Assembly: GCA_031385045.1 (NCBI GenBank)
Contig: JANNBC010000052.1
Coordinates: forward strand, 96,001-160,000
Reading direction: 5' to 3'
Length of the DNA: 64,000 nucleotides
From: a bacterium
Lineage (GTDB): Bacteria > Bdellovibrionota_C > UBA2361 > CALJRW01
The position numbers and the translations under genes are program-made. This document shows positions 19,728-29,222 of this stretch, in pieces. The number at the start of each line of letters is the position of its first letter. Positions within the stretch are counted from its first letter, which is position 1. Below the pieces are notes generated by a model that was given only the letters and a program-made list of their open reading frames with translations, was not told the origin of the DNA and ran no database searches.

Positions 19728-20788
19728 ACAGTAACCAAATTTTTAAATAATTGAACTAGTTCTGGATCCGCTCGGTTATTACTATTCTTCGCCCAAGTCA
19801 GATATTCCATGATGTATCCTCTCCTCGATTGAAAATCTTCTGATTTGCTTATGAAGACTCCCTTTAAAACTCCCATTCGATTAAATTTACGAGCAGATTC
19901 TAATCTTTTGCCTTGATCTAGATCACTGACCCATTTTTCTTGATCTAATTCATCAAGTAGTCTGGTGATAAGTTCGGGGAAAGTTATTTGAGGAATTCCT
20001 GATTGTTCTGAGAAATATCTTTTAAAATCTTTTTTAGTTTTTAAGACATCTCCTTCTGAGGTTACAATCCGAGGAGCTAAAAAGTTCGCCGTAGGTTCTA
20101 AGCTTAATCGGACAGTGGCATTTTCTTGTCTAAAATAACCGCGATCCACCAGAGTCGCACCAACTAATTGACTAATTTTAAATTGACCTTGATGTGGGTC
20201 GACAATGAATCTTTTATCTAGTTTTTCCCATGTAGTAACTGCTTCATTGATGATCGCCCAGGCACAGGACTCTTCTAGTTCTGCAGTAGAGCGATAATCA
20301 GTAAAGAGGTAGTAGGGAGCATCTTCTAGGAGTTTTGTCGGGCATTCTTCCCAATGAGCACCAGGGTAGTAACTACCACAACTGGCAATCCTAGAGTCCG
20401 CTAGTAGGATCGGGGGTAATACTGGATTATCAAGAATAACAGCGGTAATATAATTAATTAGTTCATGAAATAGCGTATTATAATCAGCCGCAGTTTTATC
20501 AGTAATTTTAATTACGTATCTATAAGGGTTATCCCTAAAGGTATCTTCCCCTTGAGTTACTAACCAAGTCCCTCTTGTTTGACCGTTATTTAGTGGTGAA
20601 TAATGAATGGGAGATCTTCTGGCAAACCATTGATAGTCATAGCAAAATTCAGAAATACGTAGATCGGTTTTGAAGAGTTCTTCGTAAATTGTTTTTAAAA
20701 ATTGATCATTACTTAGTAGTGTTTGCAGATGTACTTCATCTTGAGCGAGACGTTTTTCGATTGGTACTTGTTTTGGCCCTGCAAACAT
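19724..20788 (-). CDS. Hypothetical protein, possible atypical protein-kinase-like fold
   Basis: YVIK, HE, IVDPHQGQF and LVDRG occur in kinase motif order. Confidence 0.5.
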   Translation of the reverse strand: MFAGPKQVPIEKRLAQDEVHLQTLLSNDQFLKTIYEELFKTDLRISEFCYDYQWFARRSPIHYSPLNNGQTRGTWLVTQGEDTFRDNPYRYVIKITDKTAADYNTLFHELINYITAVILDNPVLPPILLADSRIASCGSYYPGAHWEECPTKLLEDAPYYLFTDYRSTAELEESCAWAIINEAVTTWEKLDKRFIVDPHQGQFKISQLVGATLVDRGYFRQENATVRLSLEPTANFLAPRIVTSEGDVLKTKKDFKRYFSEQSGIPQITFPELITRLLDELDQEKWVSDLDQGKRLESARKFNRMGVLKGVFISKSEDFQSRRGYIMEYLTWAKNSNNRADPELVQLFKNLVTV

Positions 20789-21045
20789 TTTGATGTTTTA
20801 TTGGAATATCTAATTTTCTTAAAAAATACTTGGCTTAAGACTCAAAAGGTCAACCAAGTCTAGTTCGCTGTTAGTCGGTTATGCAATAATTGTTTTGGAT
20901 GTAGCATTTTAGATCCAAATTAAGATAATAAGATTGCTTTTTGCCAAGAAGTAAACGATAAATCTATCTTACAGTAAGAATTTAGAACTTGAAATTCTTC
21001 AAAAAAATTAGCTAAATTAAATATTTATCTCTTAAGGTTTGCCCT

Positions 21046-21966
21046 GTGGAACTAGTTTATAAGCCAAAGAGGATTTTAATAACTGGTGCGCGTGGCCGTG
21101 TTGCTTCCGCCTTGGATCATTTCCTAGATTTATCAGGTGCCATTAAAAAATTATATTCTCGCGTAGGTTCACAGATTTATAACCCCTTAACTGATCTGCT
21201 AACGGGGAAAGAAATTCGCAGAGGTGATGTTATTTTACATTTTGCTTGGAGTACTCTCCCGCTAAGTGCTGAATTATTAAGGTCGGAGGAGAAAAGTGTT
21301 GATATCATACTTCTAGAAGATCTGCTTAAGGCCATTTTAGCTTCAGGTGCTATTACTGGCGTTCATTTTATTTTCATTTCAACCGGTGCTGTATACGGGG
21401 AAGCCACGGACACTTCAAGTAATGAAAAGTGTCGACCAACTCCGAAAGGGAGATATGCCTGTGAAAAATTATTTGCAGAGAATATTATTAGAGAATTTTC
21501 AGAAAAAACAGGACTCGCTTATACAATTTTAAGAGTTTCTAATCTTTATGGATTTTCCTCTCCAAGTATTAGGCAGCAAGGTATTGTGCCTAAGTTAATA
21601 GCAAATGGAATAAACTCTCAGAAAATTACTGTTTGGGGGAATGGTGATGCACGGAAGGATTATCTACATATCCATGATTTTACATCAGCTCTAAAGCAGA
21701 TCATTACCAAGAAATTAGTAGGCACTTTTAATATTTCCTATGGTAATTCATTCAAACTAAGTGATTTAATCTGCAAAGTCGAAGATCTCTTATCTAAAAA
21801 AATTATCATTGATTACTGTCCGGCGATGCCTTGGGATATTCTTGATAATCGAATTGATAATCAGATGTTTTGCGATCAGGCAGAGTGGATGCCATTAGTT
21901 ACTCTTGATGAGGGACTGATTCAAACTTTTGGCTTACTAAATGAGTTAGAACAGCAAGTCTTATGA
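21046..21966 (+). CDS. NAD-dependent epimerase/dehydratase
   Basis: ILITGARGRVA, ISTGAVYG, YxxxK (YACEK), LRVSNLYG, KDYLHIHD. Confidence 0.9.
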   Translation: MELVYKPKRILITGARGRVASALDHFLDLSGAIKKLYSRVGSQIYNPLTDLLTGKEIRRGDVILHFAWSTLPLSAELLRSEEKSVDIILLEDLLKAILASGAITGVHFIFISTGAVYGEATDTSSNEKCRPTPKGRYACEKLFAENIIREFSEKTGLAYTILRVSNLYGFSSPSIRQQGIVPKLIANGINSQKITVWGNGDARKDYLHIHDFTSALKQIITKKLVGTFNISYGNSFKLSDLICKVEDLLSKKIIIDYCPAMPWDILDNRIDNQMFCDQAEWMPLVTLDEGLIQTFGLLNELEQQVL

Positions 21967-23396
21967 CAATTGATTTGAAGCAGAAGCACGTCCTGCTTGT
22001 TGTTCACCAGTTTTTTCCTAAATTTCGTTATGGAACCGAAAAATATACCCTCGATCTGGCGCATGGTTTAAAAGAGCTCAGCTATCAAGTTACAGTTTTA
22101 ACAATGTCTGACAATCAAGATGCCGGTAATGTGGCACCCTATACTTCATATCAATACGAAGGAATTAATGTTATTGCAATTAATCACGTAGAACAGCCGC
22201 TATCTAGATTTGGGCAGAGCTACACCAGAAGTAGTTTTCACCATCTTTACCGAGAAATTTTAAGAGAGCTAAAGCCAGACATTATTCATTGTTGTCATTT
22301 GCTGAATCACTCTTTAGCCTTTTTAGATGTTGCCAAGTTTTTTGGTGTACCAATTGTTAAAAGTTTAACTGATTTTTGGTTAATCTGTTGGACAGGGCAA
22401 TTGATTACACATGGAGATAATAAAAATTGTTCTGGCCCAGGAAAAAATTCAGTAAACTGTGTTGATGATTTTTTTAATCGTAAAAATATTTATAGTAATT
22501 CTAAGTTTTTTAAATGGCTTCTAGAATTGACCTTTGAGACTTCTTTTAGAAAAACTCTATTACAATTTGTTTCCTTATTCCCCAAAAATCTACGGGAACA
22601 CTTAATGCCTGGTTATGACGAAATTAAATTTAGAAATAATTTGATTAAAGCTCACGTGGAGTGCGTTCAGAAGTTTTTAGTTCCGACTAAATTTATGGCG
22701 GAAAGATTTACTAGCGAAAATTATCCTAGTGAAAAATTAATTAGTCTAAGTTTCGGCATTTCTCAACCAAGTGATTCTGAAATAAAGGCTCTAGCTAGTA
22801 GATTTGAACTTAGTAACTTGGCAGAAAGAAGCTTGCGGGTAGGCTTTATTGGACAGCTGATGCCACACAAAGGGGCGGACTTACTGATTCGAGCTTTTAA
22901 AAAGATTACAGCTCCGCAGATCTCTTTAGTAATTTATGGGGATTTAGCCATGAGTTCCAGTTATTCAGAATTGTTAAAGCAGCTAGTGGCTGAAGATGCC
23001 CGAATTTCATTTGCTGGAACATTTAACCATGATCATATCTATCAGATTTTAAGCGAAATAGATTTATTGGTGATTCCATCTATTTGGCAGGAGAATTCTC
23101 CACTTGTCTTATTAAATGCCTTAGCCTCCAAAACGCCTGTTGCTATATCTAATGCCAAAGGAATGACGGAATTCGTGGAAGAGGGGCGACAAGGTTTTAT
23201 TTTTGAAATGGGGGATATCGAGGGAATTTATAAAATCTTAAATTCTGCTTTAGAAAATCCCGAGCTACTTGATCAATTAGCAAATAGTCATCCGGGGTAT
23301 CCGATTTCCAAACTGGAATACACAAAGTCAGTTGCTACCATTTATGAAGAGCTACTCATTAGTCATGATGAGCAAGATAGTGCACAAAGCCACTAG
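21963..23396 (+). CDS. Glycosyltransferase family 4 (GT-B)
   Basis: GTEKYT, DFWLIC, FIGQLMPHKG, PSIWQENSPLV; ATGA overlap with the epimerase. Confidence 0.9.
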   Translation: MTIDLKQKHVLLVVHQFFPKFRYGTEKYTLDLAHGLKELSYQVTVLTMSDNQDAGNVAPYTSYQYEGINVIAINHVEQPLSRFGQSYTRSSFHHLYREILRELKPDIIHCCHLLNHSLAFLDVAKFFGVPIVKSLTDFWLICWTGQLITHGDNKNCSGPGKNSVNCVDDFFNRKNIYSNSKFFKWLLELTFETSFRKTLLQFVSLFPKNLREHLMPGYDEIKFRNNLIKAHVECVQKFLVPTKFMAERFTSENYPSEKLISLSFGISQPSDSEIKALASRFELSNLAERSLRVGFIGQLMPHKGADLLIRAFKKITAPQISLVIYGDLAMSSSYSELLKQLVAEDARISFAGTFNHDHIYQILSEIDLLVIPSIWQENSPLVLLNALASKTPVAISNAKGMTEFVEEGRQGFIFEMGDIEGIYKILNSALENPELLDQLANSHPGYPISKLEYTKSVATIYEELLISHDEQDSAQSH

Positions 23397-24960
23397 CGTA
23401 TTGGCCATTAGATACAGCTCTCCCGATCTCCGGGCTTGATTCTAGGTATTTAGTTTCATTAAATTTAGGTCCCGGTAGTAAGCCTTGCTGTAATCCAATT
23501 TTTAAAAAATGCTCAAAAGGACTGGCAAGAGATTGTTCTCTAATCTCTCGTTGTACATGACCATATTCTTTTAGATACCATTGCTGATCAAAATATCTAT
23601 TTGGGGAATAATCTAGATTTACTCCAACTGAAACAAAATGCTGAGCGCCACAAATAAAAGTTTTTGATTTTAAAAAACTATTTAGATCTTTATTTGTTTT
23701 TCGATACCATTTTTCATCAAAGAGTATGTTAGGACTGCGATCTTCACTTACTCCAATTTTTATATAGTGCTCAAAGGCATTTTTAAATTGATTATTCTGG
23801 ATAGCAGGTAGGACATCTTGGTATTTATTTAAATACCAAGCTTCTTCAAAGTAAAATTCACTAGGTAAGAAATCCGTCCATTCTTCATGGTTTCTGAGGT
23901 ATGGTTTGATAAATTGATTAGAATTTAAAATAAAATTATTTTTATTTTTTAAATAAAGTGGGTGGCGATCAATAAAACTAGAAGGCGAAAGATTTTTTTT
24001 AGCGCCAATATTTAAAAAGTGTTGTAAGGGAGTATCAATATTAAAAGCATTCATTTCCAGCTGAACTTCAGGATACTTAGAGCAGTACCATTTGGAATCA
24101 AATAGCTGTGAAGAACGACGACCTTCATAGGAGCCAAACTTTATAAAATGGTTAATGCCACAAGGCATCACACCTTCGTTAATAGCCCGCCTAACATCGG
24201 GGTATGTTTTTTTGTACCATTTCTCTTTAAAAAGAAAATTGGTATCTCGTCCTTCTTTCATTCCAATTTTGAAATAATGATCTAAGCCATCAATAAATAA
24301 CCCAGCATTGATTTTTTTTTGAATATCGGGGTAATTCTTAAGGTAGCAAATTTCATTAAATGCAAAATCAGCAGCTATGACATTGTTATAGGATAACTCT
24401 TGTTTATCTTTCTCTGCTAAGTAATGAGAAAAAAGAGAGGGGTATTTTCCTGAATTAATTTCTTTTAAGGCATCGGGATAAATACTTAGATATTTTTGAT
24501 TGTCAAAATTCGGTCCTGGGTTATAGCCTAAATTAAAGCCAGATAGGACAAAATGCTCATAGGCATTTTTAAAGATTCCTTGCTTAATGTTTTCTGCGAC
24601 CTGAGGGTATTGATTTAAGTACCAAGTGGGATCAAAAAACTCGGAAGTGGCTCTTAATTCTGTTGCTCCAAAATGAAAGTAATGCTCGGCTCCACTGATA
24701 AAATCCTTTTTTTTGATTGCCTGAGCTACATCTGGATTCTGATTTAGATACCAGCGCTCATTAAAAAAGCGATTGGGGTTATAATGTTTCTTTAAGCCTT
24801 TAAAAAAATAGTGTTCATAAATAGATTGAGCAGAAGTATCCTGAATTTCATCCTGAACAGTTGGATAGTTATTTAAATACCACTCCGAATCAAAATAGAT
24901 CTGATCTATTAAATCATAATTAGACACCAAATCTGCTACTTTTCTCTTAGTCTTAAACAT
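23359..24960 (-). CDS. Protein built of 11 ~43-aa FDxxWYLxxYPDV...HY/F...G repeats
   Basis: Repeats counted manually; no signal peptide or catalytic domain recognised. Confidence 0.8.
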   Translation of the reverse strand: MFKTKRKVADLVSNYDLIDQIYFDSEWYLNNYPTVQDEIQDTSAQSIYEHYFFKGLKKHYNPNRFFNERWYLNQNPDVAQAIKKKDFISGAEHYFHFGATELRATSEFFDPTWYLNQYPQVAENIKQGIFKNAYEHFVLSGFNLGYNPGPNFDNQKYLSIYPDALKEINSGKYPSLFSHYLAEKDKQELSYNNVIAADFAFNEICYLKNYPDIQKKINAGLFIDGLDHYFKIGMKEGRDTNFLFKEKWYKKTYPDVRRAINEGVMPCGINHFIKFGSYEGRRSSQLFDSKWYCSKYPEVQLEMNAFNIDTPLQHFLNIGAKKNLSPSSFIDRHPLYLKNKNNFILNSNQFIKPYLRNHEEWTDFLPSEFYFEEAWYLNKYQDVLPAIQNNQFKNAFEHYIKIGVSEDRSPNILFDEKWYRKTNKDLNSFLKSKTFICGAQHFVSVGVNLDYSPNRYFDQQWYLKEYGHVQREIREQSLASPFEHFLKIGLQQGLLPGPKFNETKYLESSPEIGRAVSNGQYASGFVHYLAHHD

Positions 24961-25089
24961 TCTAGCTTAACATACTATCTAGAGATCTATTTGTCAGTAA
25001 AAACTAACTTTTAGTAAATTGTAATGATTATTTTTTCTAAACGGTATAGACTTTCGACGCTTTATTATTTCTTACCTTAGTTTTAATTT

Positions 25090-26157
25090 ATGATTCAACA
25101 AACACAACTAAACTCCCCAGATAGTAATGAAATTATTAAATCAGCTATTAATTTAGCTGTAGATTTTTTAGAACAAAGACAGCGTCCTTCAGGCGGGTTT
25201 CAAACATTCCTTGTTCCTCACATTTCAACTGGCGTACCTCCGATGGATGATTACTCGCCATTTCCAGCAGCCTTAATGGCACATTGTTTAAAATTCGTAG
25301 AATCAGATCAGTCAAAAGAAATCTTAGCAAAGTTAATTTCATTTTTAAAAGCAGAAATGGATCCTAGAGGAGTTTGGCGTTATTTTGCTTCCGAACATCC
25401 TAGATATTTAGATTCACCATTTGATCTAGATGACACAGCTACCTCTTACGCAATACTGCGAGATAATAAGCAAGCGCTACCTAATAATAAAAAACTAGCC
25501 TTAGCTAATAGAAATAAAGCAGGCTTATTTTATACTTGGATGGTTCCACGTAAAGAATTTATTACTTCCCCGGGTGCTTGGACTTATGCTCTGCAAGAGT
25601 TGAAAGATCTAAAAAGAATTAAACAATTCTTTGCCGTCAACGAGTCTGCTTTAAATGATGTTGACTCAGTTGTTAATGCCAATGTCTTGTACATGCTTGG
25701 CAAAAGTAAATACAATCAGCCGGTTGTGGATTATTTAGTAGAGATAGTTCGAAGTAACCAAGAAGAAACTTCTGATAAGTGGCACCATAGTAAATTTAAT
25801 TTATATTATTTTATCTCTAGAAATGCTTTTGCTGGCATTGAATCTTTCTCGACAATTAAAGATGAAATTTGGAATAAAATAAAACAGGAAGCTACCATCG
25901 ATGGCCTAATTGGTGATAGTGTTTTAACAACTGCACTGGCCATTAATACTTTAATCAATTTTAATCTTGATTCTGAATTAATCGATCTGGGAATTTTAGC
26001 AATACTGAAAGGGCAAAACGAGTCTGGAGCTTGGGATTTTCAACCGCTCTATTATGGTGGCCCAAGTAAAGGATGTAGCTTTGGATCGGAGGAGCTAACA
26101 ACGGCTTATTGTGTAGAAGCCCTATCTCGTTATAAAAAATTAAGACTGGCTGCTTAA
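25090..26157 (+). CDS. Stand-alone class II terpene cyclase-like (prenyltransferase/squalene cyclase beta) domain protein
   Basis: DLDDTA (DxDD) at about aa 112, QW-like repeats QRQRPSGGF and GQNESGAW, DVDSVVNANVL, FGSEELTTA. Confidence 0.72.
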   Translation: MIQQTQLNSPDSNEIIKSAINLAVDFLEQRQRPSGGFQTFLVPHISTGVPPMDDYSPFPAALMAHCLKFVESDQSKEILAKLISFLKAEMDPRGVWRYFASEHPRYLDSPFDLDDTATSYAILRDNKQALPNNKKLALANRNKAGLFYTWMVPRKEFITSPGAWTYALQELKDLKRIKQFFAVNESALNDVDSVVNANVLYMLGKSKYNQPVVDYLVEIVRSNQEETSDKWHHSKFNLYYFISRNAFAGIESFSTIKDEIWNKIKQEATIDGLIGDSVLTTALAINTLINFNLDSELIDLGILAILKGQNESGAWDFQPLYYGGPSKGCSFGSEELTTAYCVEALSRYKKLRLAA

Positions 26158-26158
26158 T

Positions 26159-27232
26159 ATGTCATTACTAAAGAGTGTTTGGCATTTAATTCGTGCGCAC
26201 CATTGGTGGAACTATAAATTACCCTTAGCACTGATGGCGGCTTATGCATACGCCTCCAAAGAAAATATTTCTTTTAATACGATCATCTTTCCATCCTTGA
26301 TTATTTTATTCTTAGGTTTTATTGCCGCAACATATGCCAGTCTAGTTAATGATTTTATGGATTATGAGCAGGATCTTTTCTCAGGTAAAGAAACTCAGTT
26401 GATGAAGATTAAGCGGTCTAATCATTGGATAGTTTTTGCTACCTCTTTAATACTATCTATTTATGCTGGGTATTTAATTCGTGCTTACCCAATCTCGCTT
26501 TTATGCTTTGCTACTATTATTTTAAACTTTTCACTTTATTCAATTCCACCATTTAGACTAAAAGAAAAGGGGATCTGGGGGGTTATCTCAATTGCCCTGG
26601 GAGAACATTTTTTACCAGCATTACTGGCAATATTAATTATTAAAGAAGCGACTCACTCTCAGTCTTCGACAGTCTGGGTATTCTTCATGTTACTCTGGGC
26701 ATTCACTTTTGGTATTAGAGGGATTCTTTGGCATCAACTAATGGATGAAAAAACAGATCAGCTTGCAGGTTGTAATACAGCACTTGCATCTAACGAAAAG
26801 ACGAAACTCTTAAAAATTGGGAGATTTATTATTTTCCCATTAGAATTAATTTCTTTTTTATATCTACTGACATCATCGGCAAGTTATCTAGCTTGGTTCT
26901 TTTTTATCTTTTATCTCCTGCTGGAGCTAATGAGGTATAAGTTTATGTCAGCTAATATTATGATCTTAGCACCACTGCCCAATGCTAGGTTTTTCTTATT
27001 TGAATATTATCAAATATTTTTCCCATTATCTTTACTCTTAGCCTCTCTCTGGACTACTCCAAGTGCCATAATTTTGATCATCGCTTTTGTGCTGTTATTT
27101 TTCTCTCCAGTCTTTCAAGTTTATCATCATTGCCAGCATTTCTGGATGACTAAGGCTAGTTGGATTTATGTTCTTAGATTAAGTATTACTTCGAATAAGT
27201 TTTATCAGGGCATCCACAATTTTTTTAAATAA
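26159..27232 (+). CDS. UbiA-family intramembrane prenyltransferase
   Basis: NDFMDYEQD first Asp-rich motif, YSIPPFRLK, HQLMDEKTD second motif, multiple TMs; starts 1 nt after the cyclase stop. Confidence 0.85.
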   Translation: MSLLKSVWHLIRAHHWWNYKLPLALMAAYAYASKENISFNTIIFPSLIILFLGFIAATYASLVNDFMDYEQDLFSGKETQLMKIKRSNHWIVFATSLILSIYAGYLIRAYPISLLCFATIILNFSLYSIPPFRLKEKGIWGVISIALGEHFLPALLAILIIKEATHSQSSTVWVFFMLLWAFTFGIRGILWHQLMDEKTDQLAGCNTALASNEKTKLLKIGRFIIFPLELISFLYLLTSSASYLAWFFFIFYLLLELMRYKFMSANIMILAPLPNARFFLFEYYQIFFPLSLLLASLWTTPSAIILIIAFVLLFFSPVFQVYHHCQHFWMTKASWIYVLRLSITSNKFYQGIHNFFK

Positions 27233-27268
27233 TATATCTAATATATTACCCTCTGGGAGTTACCAATC

Positions 27269-28819
27269 ATGACAAAAATTAAAGTTGTTTTAATCGTTTT
27301 ATTATTTATGGTAATCCCAAGTCTTTTCTGGCTAGCCATGGATTCTCGTAATCCATATTGGGATCAATCGTATCATGCCTTAAGTGCTTTAAAGTATTAC
27401 CGGCTAATTACTGAGCAACCAATCTGGGAAGTTATCAAAAACTTTCTTACTGTTGAAGGTTATTTCCCACCATTTTATTATCTTTCTAGTTTGCCATTTA
27501 TTGCCCTATTTGGTTTTTCTGAAGATTCAATTGTTTATACGAATTTCCTTTATGCCTTATTACTAGGCTTTAGTGTCTTTAGTATTTCTAGAAAGTTTAC
27601 TGACGAGCTTGGAGCTTACACTTCCGTTGCACTAGTTTTTCTTGCGCCAATGCTACTTCATTTGTCTCAGCAGTTCATGTTAGATTTTCCACTTACTGCA
27701 ATGATTGCCTTTGCCCACGCCTTACTTTTAAATGAAAAAGTAGTGACTCATAAAAGGTTTGAGTATTTTTTTGGGGCACTTCTAGGATGTCTACTCCTTC
27801 TTAAATGGACAGCATTAGCCTATGTTCTACCATGTATGATCTATGTCCTGATTTTCAGATCAGGGAAGGGTAGTAAGTTTTTAAGCTTACTTAAGATTGG
27901 TATAGCATGTTTGCTTATTGCCATGCCTTGGTATGCAATGAATTTTGAAAGACTCTCAGGTGGAATTCTAAATGCGCTTAACTCTGGAGTTTTAGAAAAA
28001 GAATCTAATGATTTTTGGGTTTCGCTGATGACTTATTTGGTGCAAATAGGCACCCTCTGTATATCGAAACCCTTACTATATCTATATTTTTTAGGTTGGT
28101 TATTGTTTTTAGTCTATCGACCTTCCAAAGAGGCACTCTTTTATCTGTTGCTTTGGATCTTGCCAGCATTTATTTGTTTCCTAATTATTACCAATAAAGA
28201 CATTCGTTTTATGATACCAATCCTTCCTCCAATTTTAATAATGGGGGTTATTGGAATATCAAGAATTCCATTTCTTACTATTCGTAAAATTGTTTGTCTA
28301 CTGATGGTCACCATCGGCTCTTGGCAAATTTATGCATTTTTATTTCAAGGAGCAACAAGTAGAGCTGAAAATCCATATTTGATGACGATGCATTACAGCA
28401 CGCAGAAGTGGGACTACTCAGGAGTCTTACAAGTGATTAGTAAGGATATTACCTCGGGTCGTAAATTAACCGGAGTAATTGTTGAGCATGAAGAGTTTAA
28501 TCCCAACTCGGGTAAGCTATACGCCTGTTGGAACCAAATGCCATTTGATGTTGAAGGATTTAGTCTTTGGGGCCCAGTTGACTTAATAACTTTAAGTAAA
28601 TTTGATTATTTAATTGTAAAGTCGGGAAGAATCTTTCCAGCCTTTAGTGATGGGTCTCGTGAAAAACTAGTAGAGCGAATTCAAAAAGAGGGAGCAGGGT
28701 TTCTTGGGTTTCAAGAGTTAGGTCGGAGGAGTATGCCGGATGGGTCTGTGGTGTTGATACTTAAGAGGGAGGTGGTTGTAGTTCCGGAGGTTGATCAGCT
28801 TGTACTTGATAATAGCTAG
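27269..28819 (+). CDS. GT-C glycosyltransferase (ArnT/PMT-like)
   Basis: WDQSYH first loop, YFPPFYY, MLDFPL, LLLKWT, PWY, KDIRF; many TMs and a periplasmic C-terminus. Confidence 0.82.
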   Translation: MTKIKVVLIVLLFMVIPSLFWLAMDSRNPYWDQSYHALSALKYYRLITEQPIWEVIKNFLTVEGYFPPFYYLSSLPFIALFGFSEDSIVYTNFLYALLLGFSVFSISRKFTDELGAYTSVALVFLAPMLLHLSQQFMLDFPLTAMIAFAHALLLNEKVVTHKRFEYFFGALLGCLLLLKWTALAYVLPCMIYVLIFRSGKGSKFLSLLKIGIACLLIAMPWYAMNFERLSGGILNALNSGVLEKESNDFWVSLMTYLVQIGTLCISKPLLYLYFLGWLLFLVYRPSKEALFYLLLWILPAFICFLIITNKDIRFMIPILPPILIMGVIGISRIPFLTIRKIVCLLMVTIGSWQIYAFLFQGATSRAENPYLMTMHYSTQKWDYSGVLQVISKDITSGRKLTGVIVEHEEFNPNSGKLYACWNQMPFDVEGFSLWGPVDLITLSKFDYLIVKSGRIFPAFSDGSREKLVERIQKEGAGFLGFQELGRRSMPDGSVVLILKREVVVVPEVDQLVLDNS

Positions 28820-28844
28820 AGGGTATTTCGATAGCCCTCCTACG

Positions 28845-28876
28845 CTTCCTCTTACGCTAAAGCTACAGAGGACAAG
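28845..28876. repeat. 32-nt palindromic REP-like element, copy A, nested in an outer hairpin (about 28834-28891)
   Basis: CTTCCTCTTACGCTAAAGCTACAGAGGACAAG; aligns without gaps to copies at 62670 and 62915. Confidence 0.75.
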
Positions 28877-28949
28877 AAAGCTTCGGCGGGCATTTTCCCC
28901 TGTAGCTTTTTTTAGCTCATTTCATTCACTAAAAAAATCTGGGGGAAAA

Positions 28950-29023
28950 TGCGCCCGCCGCGATTCGAACACGGGACCCTCTGCTTAGAAGGCAGATGCT
29001 CTATCCAACTGAGCTACGAGCGC
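28950..29023 (-). tRNA. tRNA-Arg (TCT)
   Basis: Minus strand GCGCTCGTAGCTCAGTTGGATAGAGCATCTGCCTTCTAAGCAGAGGGTCCCGTGTTCGAATCGCGGCGGGCGCA; anticodon TCT; CCA not encoded. Confidence 0.95.
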
Positions 29024-29222
29024 ACAAATAAGGGTAAATAAGTGGTAATTAGGTAAAAACTAATAATATTAGTAAGTTATTATTATCACACTTATGTAAA
29101 AAGTATATATAACAGTTAATTATTATTGGATCAATTCAAGGATTAGAATTGATAGGACGATAGAATTGTATTCATGGATGAATCTGTTGTAATTAACTGT
29201 TGTTGTTTAATGCTGTATTTTA

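Noticed and set aside
28791..28988. 65-aa ORF
   Set aside because: It runs through the palindromic repeat and the antisense strand of tRNA-Arg
13500..29023. Integrative island anchored at tRNA-Arg (or tRNA-Cys)
   Set aside because: No integrase or transposase, and I found no duplicated tRNA 3' end by eye; accessory content alone is not enough
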